Below, piece after piece: positions 10,675 to 22,893 of a DNA stretch of 64,000 nt. Within the stretch, counting starts at the first letter, position 1, and each line of letters starts with the position of its first letter. This stretch comes from Zygnema circumcarinatum SAG 698-1b (lineage: Eukaryota; Plantae; Zygnematophyceae). Position numbers and translations under genes: made by a program. The notes under the pieces were generated by a model. That model did no database searches, was not told the origin of the DNA, and was given only the letters and a program-made list of their open reading frames with translations. The DNA is taken from positions 186,001 through 250,000 of the forward strand of contig CM074810.1 of NCBI GenBank assembly GCA_037447605.1. The letters are read 5' to 3'.

Positions 10675-13600
10675 CTAAGCATGGAGAGGGCGCCTGAGGA
10701 GGTTGTTCCGACTGCGAATCGCCGCCGACCCCGTGCCTTCCGCGCCAATGGAATGGTAGGAAAGGTAAGGGGACATTAAGCCCCCCGCCTGCAATACATT
10801 TTAAGCACGAAGAAAAAGAGAGTAGGTTATTGATCTGTGTGATGAAGGGGGCTGAATGTGAAGTATCAATTACGGGGGCAATGCATGTAAGGAAGTTAGA
10901 ATGGATACACGCGGACAGAGGAGGGCACCTGGAGGAATTCAGAGGGCAGTTGGATGCGGCCATGGAGCAGTACGGTGACGTGCTGTAGAACTGAAACTGA
11001 AACATCTGTGAGCATGTAAATCAGTCCCTTCTCTGCATCGACACTCCTCACCAGACCTGCCCCACCTCCAAACCTCCCCCAAAAACAGAATGAGAAATGG
11101 GTGCAGTTAACGGAACTGAAAACTGGAAACTATGGGTTGTGAGACGAATTAGGGCTTGGATACGAGTGGCTTTGTAGTTTAGCAGGAAAAATTAAAGTTA
11201 AATTTAAAATTTAAGAAAAAAATTGAAGTTAAATGGGGGTGAAGGGTCGTGCTACCCACCGACTCCAACACAGAGAGGGAGAGAGGCCCCCTGACTGCCA
11301 CGTGGCAGGCTGGGAGGGACCCCGAGACCAACTACAGCCCCATTGATGGCGTAAAGGGATTGGTGAGGAGTAACCTGCAAAAGAGCAATTCAAATTTGGA
11401 CATTTTAAAAGATTTTAAAACGGGGAGAATCAGAAAATCAGAATTGACAAGTGTAGAGTTTTCAAAACACTCAGCTCCTTAGGAAGAGTTTGAACCTCCC
11501 CCCCTCTCCTCTCTCTCTCTCTCTCTCTCACTCTCTCTCCCCTCTCCCCCTTACTTGCTTGTGGAGATGTACGATTTGAATTTTGGAGATCGGAACTTGA
11601 AAGGGTCGATGTTCCATGAGCGCCGTTGCCGTTAGCTGTACGGCCGCACTCAAGTTTTCCGTTCCGTACAACGCTGGACTAGATGGAAAAGCGTTTGTCT
11701 GTCCCGTTGACCGTTGAAGGAAAGCTAAAAATCGGGGACCTCGCCCTTCAGCTGTAGGTCTCCGGCCTAGCCTGACAAAAATTTAGCAAAAAAAAAAAAT
11801 AGAAATATTTACTCGTTTAACCCTCTCTAGAGACAATTTAACAACTTACGGAGGAGTAATCTCAAACCAACGACATTTTTCTATTTGCAAAAAGTGAACT
11901 TTCGGTCGTACCTTTCGCCTTCCTCATCGCCGACAACAGTACTGATTTCGATGACCTCTGTGCGGTCCGCATTTCGAATTCCGGAGGCGTTGGGAGCCAA
12001 CCAGAAGGCGCCAGGTGGCAGTCCCTTGGAGCCTTTCTGTGCTGAAATTTTGACCACATGCGTTGGAACGGCGTAACGGATAAGATCCACCAAAATGTCA
12101 AACCCAACTCCTGCAGGTTCAACAAACCATAGATCGAGATCCACTTCAGTTGAACTCACCTGAAGTTGACCTGAAGTTGACCTGAAGTTGACCTGAAGTT
12201 GACCTGAAGTTGAACCTACTTGTACAATATAAATTCATGTCCATAAATATGTATCATGTGTATTAACAAATTTATCTTCTTCCCGCTTGCCTCCCTAAGA
12301 AAGGAGGAAAATAAAGCAGAAGAAAAGAATTAGAATTTTTTTTTTTTGGGGTACTGCCCGTCTGAAGTCTAGTAGCAGTACCTTTCACCCAGCCATTGGT
12401 GTTAATGACAAGCGGAACCATTTTCCTTTGCGAGCCATCATCGCCAGAGTATGAAGGATTGTAAAAATTGCTTCGAAAATAGTCGTAGAGAGCAACAAAG
12501 CATTGCAGAAAAGATTCCGGATTGCTTTTTGGAGTCGTGTCGCCGAAAAAAAAGCACCTTTAGCACCGGAACGTTCCGGATTCAAAGGAATAGTTAGAAA
12601 CACAGAAAATGGCCAGTCTAGTTTATGGAATCTGAGAGAGAGAGCGTGGGAGAAGAAGGAGAGGGAGGGGGAGAGGGGTAAGAGGCGGAGGGATGGAGAG
12701 AGATTAAAACAGAGGGAAGGAGAGGTATGAAGAGAGGGAGGAAGGGGGGGAATGGCGAGGGGAGAGGGGAGGAAGTGTGAGAGAGGAGGGGGACACATAG
12801 AGAGAGAGATAGAGATAGAGAGAGAGCGAACGAGAGAAGAGAGAGAGAGAGGGAGGGGGGGAGGCTTCAACCCCGTATACCTGTTGGGAGTCTGAAGGTG
12901 CCACTGCGGAGATGCTATTAAAAGTTGAAGCGTGCAAATGAGAAAACCCACAAGGCCCAATTTCTAATTAGTTTTCTAAAACATAAATGAACAAGAAAAG
13001 AGTAAAAACTAATCAGGGAAGATCAGGGAAGACTAATCTCCGCCACCCATGCATAGGAAGGAAAAAGATGAAACTATAAGTGAGGGCTGCCTTCTCTCAT
13101 ACATGTAATATAACCGAAAACTGTCAGTTTTCGGTCAATTCTCTGTTCCACTTAGCGACTAGACTGTACCTTTCCCTCTAATCCCCAAAGCCCCAAACTC
13201 TGAACCCTAGAATACTTACCAAAAATGGGCTTAGAAAGGAGATGGAGGGAGAGGCAGCCTGCAACTGTCATTGAAGGCTGCCCCACATCTGTCTCCAAAA
13301 ACCCAACTTCAGAAAACCTGCAAGCAAAAAAAAAAAACCCAGGTTTCTGGTTTGCGGTTTTCTGGATTTTTGCAATCACCGAACGGTAGAAATTCTTCAA
13401 ATTTGACTTCAGAATCCAACGGACCGTAGAACGCACTGAAACCCTAAATTCAGATTCAAATTCAGACTCAATTTTCTTGTTTTATGGAGACTCACCGATT
13501 CAACAAACAGTTAATCAGGTATTGCCCAAAAGTCGATTTTCCGACATTCTTAGGTCCACATATGACTATAATCGGCGGGACTGCCACGTGCCAGTCTGTG

Positions 13601-14907
13601 ATTGGTCCTTCAAACCCATCCGTACAAGGAGCAGAAAATCTTCCTGGCCCCAAATTGATAATATTTACAGCGGCGCACTTCCACTCTTCCGAAATTAACG
13701 TAAAATTTGAGCTCCTTTTTTCACCCTCCCCATCCTCTACCCCTATTTCTCTCCCTCCTTTCTTCTGAATCTTCGTAGGAGTTTTGTCATTTTCTGCATC
13801 CATGTAGACTACTCCTTTCCGCTTCCTGCTGTTAAACGAAGGTGATCCTAGAGTCAGGTTTTTAGGGCTAAACCCGTTTTCGAAAACCAGGTTTTCTACT
13901 TCCATGTCATCTGAGCTATAATCTATTTCCGACTCTAATTTTCGCTTTGAATCTGCAATGAAATCTGGGCTTTTTTCTCCCTTCTTCTCCGTTCGCCGTT
14001 TTTTCGAATTCGAATTTAGGATAGATTCTGCCACTTGGTTGAGTTTCTGCCTTTTCTTCAATTGGTTGGCCAAGTTTTTTGACAGGCCCTGCTTTTACGA
14101 TGAAGTCGAAAGAAAATATACTTGAGAAATCAGAAAAAAAGTTTACAATAAAATTCTTTACGGAGCATATGCATAGAAATGTACGGCTTATATCATGAGT
14201 TATGTACACAGAGGAACAAGAGAAAGCAAGATACGAAGAGGAGGGAGAGGAAGGAGAGAGTGGAGGGAAGAGTGAGAGGAAAGGGAAAGGGCGAAGCACA
14301 AAAATTAGAAAGGGCGCGAGCGGGAAAGAACGAGAGAGAGCGGGTCCACGAGCGAGAGTAAGCAGCAGAGGGAGAATGCGGGAGGGAGAGAAGTAGAAAA
14401 GGGGAAAGTGAGGAGGTGAGAATGGAGCAAAGCAAAAAATGGAAAGGGAACGGAAGTGGGCGTGAGCTGGGGGGGGGAGAGTGGAGAGTGAGAGAGAGAG
14501 ACAGAGGGGGAGAGAGAGGATGGGAGATAGGGAGGCAAGATTTTCACCTCAAACCAAAAAGTTCGATTCCCCTTGTCTCCCAGCTTCCCATCTCCGCTCT
14601 GTCTATAGTCTCTGAGCTCCAATGTGGCGCCATCACCTGCTCTTCCTCTCCCTATACTTCCTTCTCCAATATCTACATCCTCTCCTTCTCCCTCTCCCTC
14701 TTCCTCTCCCTCGTCTTCACGCATGTTCGACTCGACCACAAGAGCAGGTGAGAAGATGGAGCTGCAGCATACTAGAGTTTCCAGGTCCTTCACAAGTCCG
14801 TATCCCATAACGGTTGCCGAGCCGGACACGAGCTTCACTAAAGCCGATCCATTAATCATGAAACTCTGCATAGAGAGGGAAGCGCAACCAGGAATGAGAC
14901 AAACGTC

Positions 14908-14941
<34 letters not shown>

Positions 14942-15794
14942 CTCTCTCTCCCCCCTCCATTCTCTCTCGTTGCCTTTCACCCTCTCTCTCTCCGCATGAA
15001 AGTAACCGACGGACCTGAGATGGGCCAATCTTCACACGCACGGCATCCTCCAAAAATTCTACGAGATAATTCCTTCTGTAGGAGAAAAAAAAAAGACAAA
15101 GGTGACAGAACAAATATCACTTTAGTTCAGAGCTAAAATGAACCGTCAGTTTCTCCCTTCCCCTATTCTTCATCTCCTGCTTGCTACCCTTCCTCTCTCT
15201 CTCTCCCTCCCTTCCAATCTACCTCGCTCCCTCTCCTCCCTAGTTCCCTTCTCACCTGCCCTTTACCACCCGTATCCTCTCCTTCACTTTCTCTTTCCCT
15301 AACCTCTCTCTCTCTCCCACCCTCCCCCCCTCCTACCCCGCTTTTGCTTCCCCATGAGAGGGGTTAGAGGGGGAGAGAGGAGAGGAGAGAGGAGTGGGAG
15401 AGGGGAATGGAGAGGGAAGGGAGGGAGGGAGCGAGGGAGGGAGGGAGGGAGGGAGGGAGGTGAGATGGGAGGAGAGAGGGAGGGGGCCCTCCCAAACACA
15501 CCTCCCTCTGAACCCCAGGCCCTTCCTGCAAAACCCTAAAAACATCCAGAAACCCTAACAGCAAGCTCACCTCCTGCCGCCGCACGTGTCCTCCTCGCAA
15601 TCCGCCCTCCACGTGTCAGCTCCTCCTCCTGCTGCCTGCTGCTCTGAACCCTGCAAAATCGTCGTCCCCCGCTTCAGCCCCTCCTCCTTAAACCCTAACT
15701 TCGCCTTCTTCCGCACCACGGTGGCGGCGAGAAGGTCCTGGCGCTTCGACCTGAACCCTAATCCCAGGCCCGTCCCGGGACTGAGCGACCTCAT
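10675..15794 (-). CDS. NOL9: Polynucleotide 5'-hydroxyl kinase NOL9/Grc3 (Clp1 family). Approximate exons: 15077-15017, 14865-14540, 14088-13496, 13317-13220, ~12905-12873, 12557-12382, 12112-11908, 11772-11553, 11372-11258, 11056-10929, 10788-10675. The 5' exons (~15794-15500) are uncertain.
   Basis: P-loop IVICGPKNVGKSTF, followed by FLETDVGQP, FFGDTTPKSNP, PLVINTNGWVKG, LYAINGAVVGL, CVGVGLVRSVD and LLHGRIQLP...MSPYL in the family order. Confidence 0.9.
12158..12213 (+). repeat. 11-bp tandem repeat (ACCTGAAGTTG)x5 in a NOL9 intron
   Basis: Perfect units; the sense strand reads CAACTTCAGGT. Confidence 0.9.
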
Positions 15795-15799
15795 GCTTT

Positions 15800-16360
15800 C
15801 AAGCCCTCCAAATCCCTAACTTGCAAAGCCCCTTGAAAATTTTCCTTCAGAAAAGGCCGTCAGGTGACCTCCCTGAACCCAGAAGCAAATCCTACCCTAA
15901 ACCCGAACCCCTAAACCCTAAACCCTAACCCTCAACCCTAAACCCTAAACCTAGGTTGACCGTTGACTCCATTTACGTAGGAAAGGGACGTGGTGAGTGG
16001 TGACTATAACGTACAGTACTGTACTGAACTTCCTTTTCGTAAGGTACGGATACATACCGTACACATACCGTACGCTATCGAATCCAATATCGATATTTTA
16101 TGTCGATACGATACGGTACGACATTTATCAATATGATACGATACAGTTCGTCCAGTGGTACGGCGAAACGGGTCCCTGCTGGAGCTGACGGCCCTGAACC
16201 CTTGAGGAAGTTTAGGGTTAGGGTTTAAGGTTTAGGGTCAGGGTTCAAGGTTTAGGGTTAAGGATTTTAAGATTTTGTGTTTGAAGCCTTTCAAGAAAAA
16301 GTACATAAGAGAATTTCAGAGGGATAGGAAATTTTGGAGGAACTGAAGACAGACGAAAAA
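15800..16360. promoter_or_regulatory. Short divergent promoter between NOL9 and VPS25 with telo-box arrays (AAACCCTA on the left, TAGGGTTT on the right) flanking a GTAC cluster
   Basis: Head-to-head genes. CCCTAAA repeats lie at ~15895-15952, TTTAGGG repeats at ~16210-16262, and 8 GTAC cores at 16011-16161. Function is inferred. Confidence 0.6.
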
Positions 16361-16367
16361 GGGCGTT

Positions 16368-19300
16368 ATGGCCCGGAAAGAATATAGCTTTCCTGCATTT
16401 TACAATTATCCTCCGTATTTCACGTGAGTTTTTATGTGAAGGTTTATTCCAAAAATTAAGATTAAATTTAAGTAAGAAATGTTTAAAAAAAAAATCTTCA
16501 AAACATGAATACAAAAAATTTAAAATCCCTCACTGCGAGCTGAAACTTTCGAACCCAAACTCTCTCTAACCCATTCACACACCTTTCATGAGCTAACACT
16601 TCGATTAAGCAGTTGTTGACCTTATGGAAACCTTTTTCTAGAAAGCAGAGAAAAAAATGTTCTGATTCAGCTAATTTTTTGCTGTCAGGGTGTCTAATTT
16701 CACTCAACTACCATATTTTCCTTTCTTTTATTATTGCATATTTTTCAAATATGTATATTTTTCCTGCAATGCGAGTGCAGGCTGCAGCCGGTGAAGGACA
16801 CGCGCGAGCGGCAGATTGGGCTTTGGAAGGAGCTCATTGTGAACTACTGCCGACAGTTGCGCCTCTTCGCGCTCGACCTCGACGACTGTGCGCTCTTCGC
16901 CAACGCGGCCATTGGGAGTGAGTGAGGCGCTGGGGGGGAGAGGGAGAGGGAGGGAGAGGGAGGGAGAGGGAGGGAAAGACGAAGGAGGGGAGAGGAGAGA
17001 GGGAGGGGCAGGGAGGGAGGAAAGAGGAAGGAGGGGAGAGGAGAGAAGGAGGGGCAGGGAGGGAGGAATAGAGGAGCGAGAGAGGGAGGGAGAGGGAGGG
17101 AGAGCTGAGGAAGAGAGGGATGGGGAGGGAGAGAGAGGTAGCGAGGGAAAGGGAGGAAGGGAGAGGGGCGGGAGAGAGAGGGAGTGCGGAGGAAGAATGG
17201 GATGGGGACAGAGGACGAGGGAGAGGAGGGGGAGAGAGGGATGGGGAGAGTGGGAGAGGGAGGGGGGGGAGGAAAAGTTGTGGAATGGAAAGGAAGGGAG
17301 AGAAAGTGAAAACTCGGCGTCGGGTAGAGTGGAGGGGTATGATGAAGAGAGAGCAGAACGGGATAGAGAGGACGAAAGGAGAAGGTATGGGAGACAGGCA
17401 AGTAGCTGGGAAAAGAGAGGGAAGGAGGACGGAGAGAGGACGAGGGTGGGAGTCCTCATGGCTTTTCCCTTTGTGCATTGGTTTCCAGGAAAACTAAGTT
17501 TTGAAGCAAAGGAGGTTTTTGTTGGAGCTCTCGTTGCGGAAGGTGAGTGCGACTATTCACATTTTTCTGTGTCTCCCTTCCTTTCTTCCGAATTTCAATC
17601 ACCAATAATATTTCTGTTCCCCTTATTTGAAATTTTCTGAAGATGTGCAGGGCGAGCAGAGTGGTTGGATAAAGGCCATCGAAAATGTTTGATTCTTTGG
17701 AGAAGCATAGACGGCTGGGCGGATGTGATCCTTGAATTTGTGAGTAGGGCTTGAACTTCAACTGTGAAGCCTTTCTTCATGATTGTACCGCAGGCAGAAG
17801 TACCCTGAATTACGTTTCGATCACATAAAATATTGCAATTTGCGACCCCTTTTGCAGGTTCGCGATAACGGATTTGCGGATTCCGTGATGACTGTCGATG
17901 AATTGAGGACGGGAGATGAAGTGCGGTCCACAGGTGGAACCCCTCTCCCTCTCCCTCTCCCTCGCCCTCCTTCTCCCTCTCCCTCTCCTCTCCTCTCCCT
18001 CTCCTCTCCTCTCCCTCTCCCTCTCCCTCTCCTCTCCTCTCCCTCTCCTCTCCCTCTCCTCCCTCTCTCCTACTCTCCTCTCCTCTCTCTCCTCTCCCTC
18101 TCCCCTCTCCCTCTCCCTCCCTCTTTCCCTCCGCCCTCCTTTCCTCTCCCTCTCCCTCTCCTCTCCATCTCCCTCTACTCCTCTCCTCTCCTCCTCCTCC
18201 TCCACTCTCCCTCTCCCTCTCCCTCTCCCTCTCCCTCTCCCTCTCCACTCCTCTCCTCTCTCCTCCTCCTCTCCTCCTCTCTCCTCTCCCTCTCCTCTCC
18301 CTCTTCCCTCCTCCCTCTCCCTCTCCCTCTCCTCTCCTCTCCCTCTCCCTCTCCCTCTCACCTCCCTCTCCCTCTCCCTCTCCCTCTCCCTCTCCCTCTC
18401 CCTCTCCCTCTCTCTCTCCTCTCCCTCTCCTCCTCTCTCCTCCTCCCTCTCCTCTCCTCTCCTCTCCTCTCCCTCTCCTCTCCCTCTCCCTCTCCTCTCC
18501 TCTCCCTCTCCTCTCCCTCTCCCTCTCCCTCTCCCTCTCCCTCTCCCTCTCCTCTCACCTCTCCTCTCCCTCTCCCTCCTCCTCCTCCTCTCCACTCTGC
18601 TCACCCCTCTCCCTCTCCTCCCTCTCCCTCTCCCTCTCCCTCTCCCTCTCCCTCTCCCTCTCCTCTCCCTCTCCTCTCCCTCTCCTCTCCCTCTCCCTCT
18701 CCATCTCCCTCTCCTCTCCCTCTCCTTCCCTCGCCCTCTCCCTCTCCCTCTCCCCTCTCCCTCTCCCTCTCCCTCACCTCTCCCCTCTCCCTCTCCCTCT
18801 CCCTCTCCCTCTCCCTCTCCCTCTCCCTCTCCCTCTCTCCCTCTCCCTCTCCCTCTCCCTCTCCCTCTCCTCTCTCTCCTCTCCTCTCCCACCGCCCTCT
18901 CCTCTCCCTCTCCCTCTCCCTCCCTCTCCCTCTCCCTCCCTCTCCCTCTCCCTCTCCCTCTCCCTCTCCCTCTCCTCTCCACCGCCACTCTCCTCTCCTC
19001 TCCTCTCCTCTCCCTCTCCACTCTCCTCTCCTCTCCCTCTCCCTCTCCCTCTCCCTCTCCCTCTCTCCCTCTCCCTCTCCCCTCTCCCTCTCCCTCTCTC
19101 CCTCCTCCCTCGCCTCTCCTCTCCCTCTCCCTCTCCTCTCCCTCTCCCTCTCCCTCTCCTCTCCCTCTCCCTCTCCCTCTCCCTCTCCCCTCTCCCTCTC
19201 CCTCTCCCTCTCCCTCTCCTCCTCCCTCTCCTCTCCCTCCTTCCTCTCTACTCTCCCTCTCCCTCTCCTCTCCCTCTCCCTCTCCCTCTCCCTCTCCTCT

Positions 19301-22110
19301 CCCTCTCCTCTCCCTCTCCCTCTCCCTCTCCCTCTCCCTCTCCCTCTCCCTCTCTCCCTCTCCCTCGCCTAGCCCTAAGCCTCTCCCCTCTCCCTCTCCC
19401 TCCCTCTCCCTCTCCCTCTCCTCTCCCTCTCCTCTCCTCTCCCTCTCCCTCTCCCTCTCCCCTCTCCCTCTCCCTCTCCCTCTCCCTCTCCCAGCCTGCC
19501 TCTCCTCTCCCTCTCCCTCTCCCTCTCCTCTCCCTCTCCCTCTCCTCTCCCTCTCCCTCTCCTCTCCCTCTCACCTCCTCTCCCTCTCCCTCCCTCTCCC
19601 TCTCCCTCTCCACTCTCCCTCTCCCTCGCCCTCCTCCCTCTCTCCCTCTCCCTCCCTCTCCCTCTCCCTCGCCCTCTCCCTCTCCCTCTCCTCTCCCTCT
19701 CCCTCTCCTCTCCCTCTCCCTCTCCCTCTCCTCTCCCTCTCCCTCTCCCTCTCCCTCTCCCTCGCCCTCTCCCTCTCCCTCTCCCTCTCCCTCTCCTCTC
19801 TCCCTCTCCCTCTCCCTCTCCCTCTCCCTCTCCCTCTCCCTCTCCTCTCCCTCTCCCTCTCCCTCTCCCTCTCCCTCTCCCTCTCCCTCTCCCTCGCCCT
19901 CGCCCTCCTCCCTCTCCTCTCCCTCTCCTCTCCCTCTCCACCTCTCCCCTCTCCCTCTCCCTCTCCCTCTCCCTCTCCCTCTCCCTCTCCCTCTCCCTCT
20001 CCCTCTCCCTCCTCCCTCTCCCTCTCCCTCTCCTCTCCCTCTCCCTCTCCTCTCCTCTCCTCCTCCCTCGCCCTCTCCCTCTCCCTCTCCTCTCCCTCTC
20101 CCTCTCCCTCTCCCTCTCCCTCCTCCTCTCCCTCTCCCTCTCCCTCTCCTCTCCCTCTCCCTCTCCCTCTCCCTCTCTCCCACTCCCTCCTCCCCCCTTC
20201 CCTTCCCCCTTCTCTCTCCTTTGTTTTCGTCCCCTTTCTTCTCTTTCCCTGGAGGCTGTCCTTCCGATGTCCCCACCGTCGTTGCCTGCTCCATTCGCTC
20301 CTTTCTTCATCATGTCCCTTTCCTTCTTCCTCATCTTCCTCCTCTTTCTTTCTTCCTTTCTTTCTCTCTTTCTTTCTCTCTTGCTTTCCTTCTTCCTTCT
20401 TCCTTTCTTTCTCTCTTTCTTTCTCTCTTTCTTTCCTTCTTCCTCATCTTCCTCCTCTTTCTTTCTTCCTTTCTTTCTCTCTTTCTTTCTCTCTTTCTTT
20501 CCTTCTTCCTTCTTCCTTTCTTTCTCTCTTTCTTTCTCTCTTTCTTTCCTTCTTCCTCATCTTCCTCCTCTTTCTTTCTTCCTTTCTTTCTCTCTTTCTT
20601 TCTCTCTTTCTTTCCTTCTTCCTTCTTCCTCTTTCTCTCTTTCTTTCTCCTCTTCCTCCTTTCTTTCTTTCTTTCTTCTTTCTCTCTTTCTTTCTCTCTT
20701 TCTTTCCTTCTTCCTTCTTCCTTTCTTTCTCTCTTTCTTTCTCTCTTTCTTTCCTTCTTCCTCATCTTCCTCCTCTTTCTTTCTTCCTTTCTTTCTCTCT
20801 TTCTTTCTCTCTTTCTTTCCTTCTTCCTTCTTCCTTTCTTTCTCTCTTTCTTTCTCTCTTTCTTTCCTTCTTCCTCATCTTCCTCCTCTTTCTTTCTTTT
20901 TCTCTTTTTCTTTCTCTCTTTCTTTCCTTCTTCCTTCTTCCTTTCTTTCTCTCTTTCTTTCTCTCTTTCTTTCCTTCTTCCTCATCTTCCTCCTCTTTCT
21001 TTCTTCCTTTCTTTCTCTCTTTCTTTCTCTCTTTCTTTCCTTCTTCCTTCTTCCTTTCTTTCTCTCTTTCTTTCTCTCTTTCTTTCCTTCTTCCTCATCT
21101 TCCTCCTCTTTCTTTCTTCCTTTCTTTCTCTCTTTCTTTCTCTCTTTCTTTCCTTCTTCCTTCTTCCTTTCTTTCTCTCTTTCTTTCTCTCTTTCTTTCC
21201 TTCGTCCTCATCTTCCTCCTCTTTCTTTCTTCCTTTCTTTCTCTCTTTCTTTCTCTCTTGCTTTCCTTCTTCCTTCTTCCTTTCTTTCTCTCTTTCTTTC
21301 TCTCTTTCTTTCCTTCTTCCTCATCTTCCTCCTCTTTCTTTCTTCCTTTCTTTCTCTCTTTCTTTCTCTCTTTCTTTCCTTCTTCCTTCTTCCTTTCTTT
21401 CTCTCTTTCTTTCTCTCTTTCTTTCCTTCTTCCTCATCTTCCTCCTCTTTCTTTCTTCCTTTCTTTCTCTCTTTCTTTCTCTCTTTCTTTCCTTCTTCCT
21501 TTCTTTCTTCTTTCTTTCTCTCTTTCTTTCCTTCTTCCTCATCTTCCTCCTCTTTCTTTCTTCCTTTCTTTCTCTCTTTCTTTCTCTCTTTCTTTCCTTC
21601 TTCCTTCTTCCTTTCTTTCTCTCTTTCTTTCTCTCTTTCTTTCCTTCTTCCTCATCTTCCTCCTCTTTCTTTCTTCCTTTCTTTCTCTCTTTCTTTCTCT
21701 CTTTCTTTCCTTCTTCCTTCTTCCTTTCTTTCTCTCTTTCTTTCTCTCTTTCTTTCCTTCTTCCTCATCTTCCTCCTCTTTCTTTCTTCCTTTCTTTCTT
21801 TTCTCTTTCTTCTTCTCTTTCTTTCTCTCTTTCTTTCCTTCTTCCTCATCTTCCTCCTCTTTCTTTCTTCCTTTCTTTCTCTCTTTCTTTCTCTCTTTCT
21901 TTCCTTCGTCCTCCTCTTCCTCCTCTTCCTTCCTTCCTTCCTTCCTTTCTTTCTTCCTTCCTTCCTTTGTGCCGGCGGGCGGGCCTTGGAGCAGAGTTGG
22001 AGGGCCTCCCGGAGGCGGTCCTGGCGCGGGCCCTGCGCGCGCTCGAGCAGCGCGGGAAGGCGCAGACCTTCTCCACCGCCGAGGAGGCGGGGGTCAAGTT
22101 CTGCGCCTGA
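16368..22110 (+). CDS. VPS25: ESCRT-II subunit VPS25, exons 16368-16423, 16781-16917, 17489-17542, 17651-17739, 17858-17933, 21995-22110 (175 aa)
   Basis: Sequence [31 protein letters not shown]...GRAEWLDKG...ELEGL...GVKF. The six exons total 528 nt with every phase consistent. Confidence 0.95.
17940..20220 (+). repeat. ~2.3-kb (CTCTCC)n / CT polypyrimidine satellite in VPS25 intron 5
   Basis: Almost purine-free on the + strand; it is the source of the spurious ORFs 17783-19372, 17916-22136 and their antisense ORFs. Confidence 0.95.
20320..21960 (+). repeat. 113-bp higher-order CT/TTTC satellite (~13-14 units) in VPS25 intron 5
   Basis: The marker TCATC recurs at 20331, 20444, 20557, 20762, 20875, 20982, 21095, 21208, 21321, 21434, 21539, 21652 and 21765, mostly at 113-bp spacing. 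Confidence 0.9.
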
Positions 22111-22893
22111 ATGCACTAGTACACTGCTGCATTTGAAAGGGGAATTAAGAAAATGAATAAACTGCCAAGGGCCGAGGGGGACTGTATAGGGAAATCTCTT
22201 TTATATGTCCATATCTGTAATTTTTTTTGTCAAAGTTGAGATATTTGCAATGGCAGTTGCGATTTTTTTTTTTTCGTTTGCTTTTAAAAGACATTGACTG
22301 GTATTTCACATGCCCGGCTGATGGGGCGTCATAGGCTTGAAGCTGACTTAGTGAGAGTCGACAGTGTGATAACTTTATCGAATGATTTTTTACTTTATAG
22401 AGTGTCCGGATTACACTTTATCGAATGGAGAGCTCAACCTCACCCCTCGGGTCACACACGCGAAAGATTCTCTCATCTCAGATTGTCCGCTATTGTGTAC
22501 GGAAATGTACTTCCTTTTGTCCCGTTCTAAAGTCCAAATCTTGACCGCACAATCTTAGATCCACAAACGAGATCTCTGAAGGGAAAATCGGATTCCTTCA
22601 AGATCCTTTGAGATCTCCTCCGTACGGTGTTGTTCTCCTGGTGTGAGCGCTGTCCAATCACCCGCTGCCTCGTGTGCAATACGTCACACGTGTCGGGCCG
22701 CAATTGGTAGAAGCCTCAAAAATATGATCCTTTCAGAAACTCCAAACGCACCGAATCTTTGTGGATTCTATATCACTGTACCGCAATGCGATCTCGAATC
22801 CAGATATTTCCGAATCTCGAAGCGAATCCGCCCCTGGACATTCCTCTAGCAGGCGCCCCTCGCCCCTCTCCCAGAGCCCTCTCCCCCCCCGCC

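Noticed and set aside
17783-22156. Very long ORFs (529, 1406 and 629 aa and their antisense ORFs) of Leu/Ser/Pro/Phe or Arg/Glu/Gly
   Set aside because: They are read-through of CT satellites, which lack stop codons, inside VPS25 intron 5. The real exons are accounted for.
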